Shown here: in pieces, positions 25,926 to 36,970 of the stretch
How the letters are laid out: every line of letters begins with the position of its first letter
Numbering within the stretch: position 1 is the first letter of the stretch
Origin: Octopus sinensis
Lineage: Eukaryota
Reading direction: 5' to 3'
Assembly (NCBI RefSeq): GCF_006345805.1
Contig: NC_043000.1
Span: 23,436,001 to 23,500,000 of the forward strand
DNA: 64,000 nucleotides
Notes under the pieces: generated by a model
Databases searched by the model: none
Told to the model about the DNA's origin: nothing
Seen by the model: the letters and a program-made list of their open reading frames with translations, nothing else
Position numbers and translations under genes: made by a program

Positions 25926-26332
25926 ATGATCCATGTTCCAAATAGGATATGAGAACTATCACACCCTACACACATGCAAAAGAAAAAATTACATCTACAA
26001 GAATCAAACTACAAACGATCAACAATTAACGACAGTACTTCCACATGTTTAGTTCAATGAAGAGCAGTCTTTGGTGAGAGTGATTTGATGATACAGAAGA
26101 GGGAAAGTGTTTGTAAAGAAGTGGGTGTTCACTTGAATTTTTCAAAAAGGATTCAAGATTTGCATTCAATGATGACACAACTGCATCACTTGTACCAGAG
26201 TCTTACTCTCATACAGCTGAAGAATTACTATACTGGGATATGCAATTTGAACAATCTATGTAGTGTTTTGAATTAGAGCAGAGTTTGAACCTAAAAACCT
26301 GTGGACTAATAATCTAACACTGTAATTACTCA

Positions 26333-26714
26333 TCTCTATATATATAAAGCTGAAGTTGTCTGTGTATGGCAGGTTTGGTAGCCTTCAACTAACACTATCT
26401 CCTCTGAGACCCTGCGGCGCAAGTTGACCAAAATTGAGAGTATGATAGAAGAAGGCTTGCTCTTCCTTCTGTAGAAGAAAAAATTCAAATCAGACCATGT
26501 TAACACCAAAAATTATTTACATGAAAATGGTGCTTTTTTTCTATGAAAATCCCTATTTTTTGACTGCTGTGTCACCATTTTTCGGTGTATTTCAACCAGA
26601 AAAATGTTCACTTAAAGAGAATAACAAGCTACATAATGCAAAATTTTTACTTTTCAAACATTCCAATTCTAAAGGGTTGAAACAAACCCGAGCAACGCCG
26701 GGCGATACTGCAAG
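26333..26714 (+). mobile_element. Non-autonomous Helitron-like element
   Basis: A|TCTCTATATATATAAA start; 3' hairpin-like cccgagcaacgccggg followed by CAAG|T (decayed CTAG). Same architecture as 9223-9726. Confidence 0.55.
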
Positions 26715-26927
26715 TATTTAATAAAATCAAATTTTAAGATGGTTTCTTGTGACATATGTATTGAAAAAACAACTAATGATGGTCTTTTTTTGGTACATTA
26801 ATAAGTACAAAATGGTGCAGAATATGGGATGAATTAGTTTGCAACGAAAAGGAGGAACAGATCCTGTTTGAAACATTGGACTACTGTCTTCCTCACAAGA
26901 ACTTTTTGTAATTGTTATTTCATAATG

Positions 26928-27218
26928 TTTGTTCCTTCTCAAGCCATACCTGGCTCATAAGGGCCGGTTTCCTTGACATATAGGTTCCCTACCTGGATGG
27001 GACGCCAGTCCGTCGCAGGTGAGCTGCAAGATGCAGGAGGAAAGAATGAGAAGTTGTGGCGAAAGAGTCAGTAGAAGTCCGCTATTACCTTCTGCCGGAG
27101 TCGCGTGGAACTTAGGTGTTTCGCTCATAAACACACACATAGTCTGGTCTTGAGATTCGAACCCGCAATTCCTCGACCACAAGTCCACTGCTCTAACCAC
27201 TAGGCCATGTGCCTCCAC
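26928..27218 (-). mobile_element. tRNA-derived SINE with V-domain-like core
   Basis: Minus strand: tggcctagtggttagagc...gggttcgaatc head and cctgcgacggactggcgtcccatccagg, resembling the V-SINE core (from memory). Confidence 0.6.
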
Positions 27219-27391
27219 TATTTCATAATAAATAATAAAGAAATAATTATTTCTCTCATGGTTAAAAACATATGAGAAAAAAATGAATTTGGATAAGAAA
27301 CCAGCAACAACATATTTTGTTTGTTGTTTATTTAGAAAAATGATAAATACATCCAAATAATAACAGTTCAAGCAAATCAGATAGTAAATTT

Positions 27392-27464
<73 letters not shown>

Positions 27465-28887
27465 CACGAAAGCACCAGGGTAATGCACTGTAGACAGGTA
27501 TAATTCCAATAATTTTATATATTGCATTAAAACATTTATTTATTATGCAGTTTTGAGGAAAATATTACAACTTTAAAATGCATTCTCACTCCATATAGTG
27601 GCAGGAAAAGTTCTTGTAAAAACATCAGCAGTTATTTTATAAGGAAACAATATCAAAGATAACAACATTGAACATTTTTACAAAAATAGTCATAAAAAAT
27701 AAGAGAATAAACCACTGGGATGATTTATGTTTTGTGAAAAAGTTAAAATATTTATATGTTAAACCCATAAGATTTTTAGTTTGATTCATTGCTATAGTAA
27801 CACATTGTACTCGCAACTCTAAGATTAACTTTTTAAGTCCAATGACAAAAAAAAAGTTATTCTTTAATAAATGTCACTCAGTGGAATTTTAAAACTTTGC
27901 TTCAGATAACACAAGATATACCCATAGGACACAAAAATGTGGACATCAGTTAGAAAAAGATGATTTAATTTCATCACCATAATCATAATTATCACAGTGA
28001 ATAAACTAAACATAACGATAACAACAAATGCAACGATGATAACATTAAGAGGATTGATTAAAGGTTGAGATTGTAAAATGGGAAGAAAAAAAGATAAATA
28101 GTTTCTATATATTACGATATTAAGTTTAACAATTATATGTAAGCAACACTTATTCTTTTATGCATTTCAGCCCAAAGGCTGTGGCCATGCTGGAGCAGTG
28201 CCAGTAAATATAAAAATAATTTTGCTTTATATTTCATGATCATGTTTTTGTTTTTTTTTTCTCAAAGATGGCATCAGCTTACTCCTGCATTGCATCATCT
28301 GTGAAATCCAAACAAGTTCGATCCATCCACTTCTCCAGGCTTTTCAATGTCTCTGTTTGACTGTTGTTTCCATTGTGGACTTACAACATAGTTTTTAAAC
28401 TAAGCATCCTTCATTCATTCATACTCCATAGTTCTATAAGTGAAACTGTCTTTCCTATAAATGCAATCCAATGACTTTGACACCATGTCAACTTCCTTGC
28501 CTTTCTCAAACACCAACATCTTGTACACCACACTCGATTTCATCCTTTATATTCACTACTATCAGTGTTTTACTGACAACAGCCTCACACTTCTTTTAAT
28601 TTTCTAACAAAAGAGAAACCCTTTACTGCTGACAGAAGTAACATTTCCCTCAAAATTTTTCCACCCCCTATTTTACTATTTTACTTTATATTAGTTCTAG
28701 CTCCACTGCTAGCATTAATTAAGTAAAAAAAAACTAAGCAGAAGTTTATTATTTTCATAAAAGCCGTCCAAACAATCCACAGTCTTTTAGCAACTCTCAT
28801 CAATCAAGTTGAGTCTTATTCACTCATCTTTTTTCACCGGTTTACTGGACCAATCAGAAAGCAGCAAGAATTTTCAGCCATTCTCAA

Positions 28888-29085
28888 GGCAGCGAGCTGG
28901 CAGAATCATTAGCACGCCGGGCAAAATTCTTAGCAGTATTTCGTCTGCTACTACGTTCTGAGTTCAAATTCCGCCGAGGTTGACTTTGCCTTTCATCCTT
29001 TCGGGATTGATTAAATAAGTACCAGTTACGCACTGGGGTCGATATAATCGACTTAATCCGTTTGTCTGTCCTTGTTTGTCCCCAT
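28888..29085 (+). mobile_element. tRNA-derived SINE with Meta/MESC-like central domain
   Basis: gcgagctggcagaatc...gagttcaaattc...gactttgcctttcatcctttcggg..gat.aaataagtaccag. Other copies at 33463-33674(-), 34203-34435(-), 52836-53056(+); degenerate copies at 17400-18120. Confidence 0.7.
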
Positions 29086-31663
29086 ACAGTAATCAGAGAC
29101 TTGTTGACACAGAAATTTAAAGTTCTAAATGTAAGTCTCCATCACTGCATCATTTAATAAATATATTCCTCTATTCCCAATGATATCGAGGTCAACCTCT
29201 TTTGTCATCACATGATGTTTGTCAATATACATCATCATCATCATTTAATGATACTGGCAACGGCCACGCTCAAATAGTGCTTTTTATATGCCACCTACAC
29301 AGGAGCCAGTCCAGTGACACTGGCAACGACCTCGCTCGAATGTTTTTCACGTGCCACCAGCACAAGTGCCAGTTAGGCAACGCAGGTAATGATCACGCTC
29401 AAATGGTGCTTTTTACGTGCCACCGGCACAGGAAGGAGTTTGTAGTTTTGGCAACGATCACGCTCGGATGGTGCTCTTAGCGCTCCACTAGCATGGATGC
29501 CAGTCATCGAATTTGATTTCAATTTCGATTTCACTTGCCTCAACAGGTCTTTGCAAGCAGAGTTTAGTGCCCAATGCATATTAAGCCAGTAGATGCTTGT
29601 CTTTCTGGAAGCGTGTAGAAAATGAAAGGTAACTTATGTACATCATTTATTATTCTTGTCCTTTACATCCATATTTATCCAGTTCTGATGGTTGGTCACA
29701 CTGAAAAAACTGCAATGCATTTAGAGCACCTAGTTTTAGTCTCTCATCAGATTTTCTTGTCAAAATATTTTCTTATACTTCCTCCACAGTAATAAATTCC
29801 TGCCAATCTCTTCTTGTTTCAATACCACAAAAGACCACATCCCTAATACTATTACCATTCTGCAGACCTTATCACTAACACATGTGTTTACTTCCAGGCT
29901 TTTTAATTTCAATCTTTTAATATGCATACATTAACATCTTTCTTGTCCTGAGGGTTACCAATGACCCTATCCCCATGCTATATACTTAATATATTATAGG
30001 AGTCACCAGAGATTTATACTATATTCTTAATCTACCATTGGGAGTCACCAGTGACTCCCAGTGCTGATGCTATTTCCACGGAGTGTCTCTTTACTGTGGT
30101 TCAAACCACATTATTCGAATCTGAAGAAATGTACAGAACACAGGTATCAGAAGGGTGCAAGTCACTGTCATCTCCATCATTGGAATGCTACCCTCCATAA
30201 AATAATTTTTGTGAAAAACAAGCCATTAGGGCTTATATATTCTGTAGAGAAAAAAATCCATAAATGGAAGTATAATTGATGTTTTAGCATTTATTAACAT
30301 GTGTCTCACAGGTGACTCATGCAGTTCAGAATAAATATATTTGTTATGTACGACAGGTGAATCCAGTGATACCCATGCAATAAATCAATGTGGTAGTTTA
30401 TGTGTATCATCATCATCATTATCAAAAAAATTAAAAGATGCATAATTTATAGCAAAATTAAATCATTGGTACAAAAGAAAGTATAGTACAAAATTAGATT
30501 GGCAGGCAAAATGTAAAACTTGATCAAGTATATTAAAATATAAACTTAAATGCAAACAAAACATTGTTAAACAGTGACAATGCAATAAAATTGTTGTTGT
30601 TGTTATTCAACCTCAATCAACAGTGACTGAGCAGATTTTTCCAGCCTTGGGGGGAATATGTATCTAGGCCTACAATATTTAATGTGTCCTTTTGCTTTTT
30701 AAGATGACTATCTCACATGGGAAATTTGATACAGAGCTTCCAAACCAGTAGGCAAGGTCAAGACAGTTGACAGTGAATAATGATAGACATAAGAATGTTA
30801 TATTAAATATTTGTTCAATAAAGTAAGACACAGCAAAGGTAAACTACACAATAACTAGAAAAACAAATATGCATTATATATATTATTATGTGTGTGTATA
30901 CATACACACGTATATGTGTACTTATATTTATTTTCTATTATACATATTCTACTTATTGTATAACATTACTATTTTATGTACACTCCTTCATGTACACTGT
31001 TTTACCCTACATTATTATGTTTAACCTAATAGTTTCTTATGTGGTGGTTTAATAAAGTATGTGGTTGAGTATTATCTGGTAATTGATATTTGATTTCGAT
31101 GTATTTCTCCATTTTCTTATTTTGTATATATATATATATATATATATAAATATGGTATTATAAGTTCAGCAAAAATTTAGATTCAGAGGGTATATATCTA
31201 CCCTCTTTGTAATGGAATAAGTATAAAAATGAACATTGTCAATTTAATTTTAAAAATTCCATATATGCCTGAAGAGTGCTCTACATTTTAAAACTGATGT
31301 AATACTTACATTGTTTAATTAAATGAAGTAGCATGAAACAATTGTACTACACTACCTTTGGATATCCTTGTTGCTTATTTTGAGTATATATATATAAATA
31401 TAATAGGATGGTCAGGTCAGAGGGAATGTTTAAGCTGGCAGAAGTGTAATAATTGTGTGTGTATGTTTGTGTGTGTTATATAAGTTTAATTAGAATATCA
31501 ACCAAAGGGGCAGTCATCAGTTTTTAAACTGGATCCACCATAATCTGTCTAGTAAGGGAAAAAGGAAAAAAAAACCTCCAAAAACTAGATAATATTTATG
31601 TTTGCATGGATTTCAAGAGAAGTTGTCCAGACCTGCTGAAATCCTACATGGCTACAACAGGGG

Positions 31664-31700
<37 letters not shown>

Positions 31701-31925
31701 TGAATAATGCTTATATTATTTAAAATACAAATGAATTTGCTCTGAAGACCATTCTAACAGAGACAAACATTACATTAAAAGCTGATGAACAATAAAGGTT
31801 AACATTTAAACAAATGTTTGAAAGCCCTTGTTAATAATGTTTCTATAAATATTAAGGAACTATATGACAAAATTTGAGCAAATAAACAAAATGATAATGA
31901 GGTTCAATGTTCCAAAGGAGTTTTG

Positions 31926-32290
31926 TTAGTAGACATTGGTGTCATAACCTTTCATTGCCCCATACCTCTGTGGTGAAAAGTATAAAGAGGCCGCAGGTTC
32001 TAGAGAAGGTGCAGATGGTACAGTTTGAGGTTCTGTTGAATATGGTTGTGGCATTGGAAATGTTGGTTGAGATATGCCATAATGCATAGCAAGTGGATTT
32101 GCTTGTGGTGTTGGATGGCTTGTTTTCTGGGTCTTACAAGCTGGATGGTTCATACTGTCAACCTCAGAATTGTAACAGTCTGTACAGAGAAAGATTCCCA
32201 CCCAAGATGTGATGGCTAAACTTATAATGGAAACAACAGCAATAAAAGGATATGTCGGCATGGAGAAAAATGATGGTCTTTCATTAGTTT
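31926..32290 (-). CDS. Terminal coding exon of gene B: small single-pass membrane protein (TM + Pro/Tyr-rich tail)
   Basis: Minus-strand acceptor tttctctcttttccttccag| in phase 1. Encodes TNERPSFFSMPTYP-FIAVVSIISLAITSWVGIFLC (TM)...PMPQPY...VPSAPS...GYDTNVY-stop. Confidence 0.75.
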
Positions 32291-32364
32291 CTGGAAGGAA
32301 AAGAGAGAAAAAAAAAGAAATAATTACTTGAATCATCAGATTTAACAAATTCAGTAGATATCAA

Positions 32365-33110
32365 CAAATTGTCCCATCCGTGATGCAGATTTACGCCAAT
32401 GGGTAAATGTTGTCTATAGAATACAATGTAACAAATGCAACAAGTTCTATGTGGGTAGCACAACAAGACCTTTACACTTTCGCATCAAAGAACATCTGAA
32501 CACGAGAGCCTCCTCTTTCAGAAAACATCTAGACAGATGCCGGAACACCGACAAAAGCATAACAGTCACAATTGAGGCCAATGAAAGAAATTTGGTCAAT
32601 TTAAGAATTAAGGAAGCTATACTCATACACAGACTAGGACCCCAAATTAACAACAGGCTGAAGGTTGGTAATCAATATATTATTTAGCTACATCTGGATG
32701 CGTGTTGGTTCATTTTTGATATGCTCATCTATTGTTTATAACAAAACAAAAAGAGAAGAGGAAAAAAAGGGGGGGAAGGAAGCTGCATGTATAATACATA
32801 ACTTAGAAACAGCGCCACAGAAGTACCAACACACACGAAATTGAGACATGGCCAACCTCATGCACTTCTCATGAGGAATTCCGGAAGGAGCTGTGTGAGA
32901 CCACTACTGAGAGACTTCCGAAAAAAGAAAAGCCGTTGGAAAACCGATTATAGCAGCGACTCCATCTAAGAATATCTGAAGAAGGAATTGTATTCTGAAA
33001 TATCATCGGACTAGGGATAACTAAATTACAACAGGTACAGAGTCCATTTTTTGTATTATAGTGCATTGTACCATTCAACACTTTTTATTCTTTATAAATA
33101 AAATTAAATA
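32365..33110 (+). mobile_element. Penelope-like element 3' remnant (GIY-YIG endonuclease + pLTR) in the intron of gene B
   Basis: In-frame VVYRIQCNKCNKFYVGSTTRPLHFRIKEH...NLRIKEAILI...PQIN, the typical PLE GIY-YIG. Downstream hammerhead-like core at 32976-33007. Confidence 0.8.
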
Positions 33111-34555
33111 TATTATTTCTATTATTTACGAATTCTTGTTGAGTTTGTAGCAGGAATATTAGCAGATTCCCAAACATCAACTCATTACCTTGGAATTGAT
33201 CTTGAATCACTCTATTCAGATGTGAGAGCAAGTGTCAACACCCAAACAGGATTTTGTCAGGGATCGATGAAAATAGCAATCAGCTAACCATTCAAGTCTT
33301 TGGTGGACACATTAAGAACCAGTTTACATCAGTAGCAGGGCTGACCAACAAAGATACAATAGAACCAGTAGATGCTTAACTTGTTAGAATACCAGTTGTT
33401 GTAATTAACATATTGGAATGTCATTAATGATTTTGTCTTTGGTGCTCTTTATCTGGACAAACCTATTTCTTTACTACCCACAAGGGGCTAAACACAGAGG
33501 GGACAAACAAGGACAGATAAATGGATTAAGTCAATTATATCGACCCCAGTGCATAACTGGTACTTATTTAATCGACCCCAAAAGGATGAAAGGCAAAGTT
33601 AACCTCGGCGGAATTTGAACTCAGAACGTAGCGGCAGATGAAATACCGCTAAGAATTTTGCCAGCTCGTCGCCTTTCTGGACAAACCATTAAGTATATAT
33701 GTTTGGTAACTGATAAGTGGTTATGACAAAAAAAGTCATCTTATAGGGGGAACTTACATCAGCCAAATTTGGCTACAAAATTCATCAGCTTTAACAATCC
33801 ACTTTCATTGCTGATGCACACATTTCTCACAGACAAACACAAGCTGATTCACTTTGTGTAAATTACTTCTTTTTTGTCATTCATTGAAATGACAGCATAT
33901 TTTTGTATTTGGACTTCACACAGATTTTTGTTTTTCTGTCAACCAGCCAAATATTTAGTTGTTACAAGTTAAAATTTACGAAAGAAGACAAATGTGACAG
34001 GAAATTCTAAGAAATTAATCCTACACCAGACACAGTGTTCACCAGTGGAATATAATCAATAAAAGACTTTTTATATAAAGATTGAGAATGAAGACATGTT
34101 TTCTTTTGAGCAATGTATATAAACTGTTTGTAATGCAGATTTACCAAATACTCCTTGCATACACACACACACACAGAGAGGAGAGATAGACAAACATAAA
34201 ATACCTATTCCTTTACTACCCACAAGGGGCTAAACAGAGGGGACAAACAAGGACAGACAAACAGATTGAGTCAATTACATCGACCCCAGTGCATAACTGG
34301 TACTTAATTTATCGACCCCGAAAGGATGAAAGGCAAAGTCGACCTCAGCAGAATTTGAACCCAGAACATAACGGCAGAAGAAATACGGATACGCATTTCG
34401 CCCGGCGTGCTAACGTTTCTGCCAGGTCACCGCCTTATAAAATACAGTTATGTTCAAATGTTGGTATATGTTTACACAACTGAGACCAAGAAGACGGGAA
34501 TGAGAGAAACTGTTAATCTCATAATAGAAAATGGAAAAAAAAAAAGGGTACTTAC

Positions 34556-34619
34556 CCACATTTGCAGTAACAACTTTTAGTAAAAATAACACATAAAGTA
34601 AAAAGTTATTTGTAGCCAT
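34556..34619 (-). CDS. First coding exon of gene B (signal peptide)
   Basis: ATG at 34619, MATNNFLLYVLFLLKVVTANV+G|gtaagt in phase 1, joining in frame to 32290 (142 aa total). The exon starts at 34679 after tttttactgcag, so an upstream UTR exon should exist. Confidence 0.7.
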
Positions 34620-34920
34620 ATCTTTTGTTTGTGTGTTTTGGAGTTGTTTGTTTTTTTATATATATATATTTCTGGGAATCTGCAGTAAAAATGAAAAGAA
34701 ATATTAAAAATAATAAATAATATGGATGGATGGATACATGCATAAATGTTTACACTCATACACATGACAGGCCTCTTTTAGTTTCCATCACCTGGCAAAT
34801 CCACAAACAAGGCTTGGTTTGGCCCAGGTCTATAGTAGAAAAATTTGTTCAGGGTGCTACATGAAACCATGTGGTTGGCAAGTAAAAGCCTGCATTGTAC
34901 ACAGGATAAAATATAAAAAG

Positions 34921-35293
34921 ATTCTTTACTTGTTTCAGTCATTTCACTATGGCCATGCTGGAGCATCGCCTTTAGTTGAGCAAATTGACCACAGGATTTA
35001 TTTTTTGTAAGCCTAATATTTATTCTATCAGTCTCTTTTGCCAAACTGCTAAGTTATGGGGACATAAACACACCAGCATTAGTTGTCAAGTGATGCTGGG
35101 GGGAACAAACACACACACACACATATATATACACGACGGACTTCATTCAGTTTCCATGTACCAAATCCACTCACAAGAATTTGGTCGGCCTGAGGATACA
35201 GTAGAAGACACTTGCCCAAGGTGTCACACAGTGGGACTGAAATGGAACCATGTGGTCGGCAAGCAAGCTACTTACCACACAGCCACTCCTGCG
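34921..35293 (-). mobile_element. CORE-type SINE
   Basis: Same family as 24009-24379. Further copies at 48956-49340(-) and 56021-56260(-, partial). Confidence 0.7.
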
Positions 35294-35546
35294 CATATAG
35301 TTTTCAAATTAAAAATTTAACAAAAAAAAATCTTCAAGCTTTTTAATTTCAATCTTTTGATATGCATACATTAACATTTTTCTTGTCCTGAGGGTTACCA
35401 ATGACCCTATCCCCATGCTATATACTTATTATATTATAGGAATCACCAGAGATTTATGCTATATTCTTAATCTACCATCATCATCATCATCAAAAAAATT
35501 AAAAGATGCATAATTTATAGCAAAATTAAATCATTGGTACAATGAT

Positions 35547-35976
35547 TGGACACATTGAAACTCCGACGTCTGGCAGCTGACCTGGCAGACACCCATAAAA
35601 TTATCAACCATCGCACAAACAATAACACTGAGCACCTCTTCAAACTCCACCCATCTAACACCCGTGGACATATTTACAAAGTAAGAAAACAGCACAGCTC
35701 CCATGACTTCAGGAAACATTTTTTCACGCTGAGAGTTGCTGAAGCATGGAACAAACTGCCGGCATCGGTTGTTAGTTGTCGGAGCACTGCATCCTTCAAG
35801 ACTTCCATGCTTCCTGAGATTCACCAACACTACACTTGATTTTCTTCCCTCCATACACACACAAGCATGTTCACTTTCCAGACATTTCTACATTACTGCA
35901 TGTACTTTATATGCACTTTCTGACAAGTTGTGGTGCACCTGAGCACTGTATACAATAATTTCATTATTATTATTAT
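35547..35976 (+). mobile_element. 5'-truncated CR1/L2-group LINE 3' end
   Basis: LRRLAADL..THKIIN...TRGHIYKV...RKHFFTLRVAEAWNKLPASVV...FK C-terminal motif, 3' UTR and (ATT)n tail. Same family as 47354-48043. Confidence 0.85.
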
Positions 35977-36662
35977 AAAAGAAAGTATAGTACAAAATGT
36001 TAATATATGTATATTAAAAGATTGAAATTAAAAAGCCTGAAGATAATCTTTTTTTTTTTGTTAAATTTTAGATTTGAAAACAGATTTTTTTATAACTTTA
36101 CATGTGAAATGAGCAAGTAACTCTTTTGTCCAACTTCCAGTGTACCACAAAATTAAAAAGATTAAGATCTTCACAAACTCACACACACCCACATTTATGA
36201 ACACTAAAATATGAGTAGTTATTTAACAGTTCTCTCCCTTGTAAATATTTCTTAATATCTCTGCATTCGGATTAAAGTATATTTTTTTTTTAATCTTAAG
36301 AACGGGAACGAAATTTGCTTAGGGAGTGCAAACCCAGTTTTTCAGGAGGATGTTCAAAGTGTTTTCATTGCCCCCCTCCACCCCAAAAAAAAAAAAAAGG
36401 TGTGCTTGCGTCCCCTGCACCCGAGCTTATGAAAAAAAATTGTCTTGAGGTGTAAAACTTTCACCTAAACGAATTATATTATTTTCGTAACAGAACACAT
36501 AATAACAGAATGATAGGAAATTTCTATTTTTCTCATTAAAGGATGAAACGTTTGGTTTTTCGTCGCAAAAGCAGAAATACTTTAGTTTTCTGTTATAATT
36601 TTATATTTCCATTCACATCTCGAGTGTTTTATAACAATATTAAACCGATCCAAATATTGGAT

Positions 36663-36970
36663 TCATCATCATCATCATCGTTTAGCTTCCGTTTTCCATG
36701 CTAGCATGGGTTGGACGGTTCAACTGGGGTCTGTGAAGCCAGAAGGCTTCATCAGGCCTAGTCAGATCTGGCAGTGTTTCTACGGCTGGATGCCCTTCCT
36801 AACGCCAACCACTCCGTGAGTGTAGTGGGTGCTTTTTACGTGCCAGCCACACAGGTGTCAGACAGAGCTGGCAAACGGCCACGAACAGATGGTGCTTTTT
36901 ATGCGCCACCGGCACGGGGGCCAGGCGAGGCTGGCAACAGACACAAACGGATGGTGCTTTTTACGTGCTT
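36663..36970 (-). mobile_element. (GAT)n-tailed interspersed repeat
   Basis: Same family as 20958-21419. Further copies at 29230-29575, 51603-52120, 57912-58252 and 59422-59605. Confidence 0.7.

Noticed and set aside
30039-30060. Perfect 10-bp-arm palindrome tgggagtcac-ca-gtgactccca
   Set aside because: Short, and embedded in a decayed repeat with several gagtcacc motifs; no function can be supported.
33188-33452. Possible extra internal exon of gene B (AG|gtaatg donor on the minus strand)
   Set aside because: The frames tried from the nearby acceptor contain stops, and the two identified exons already join in phase.
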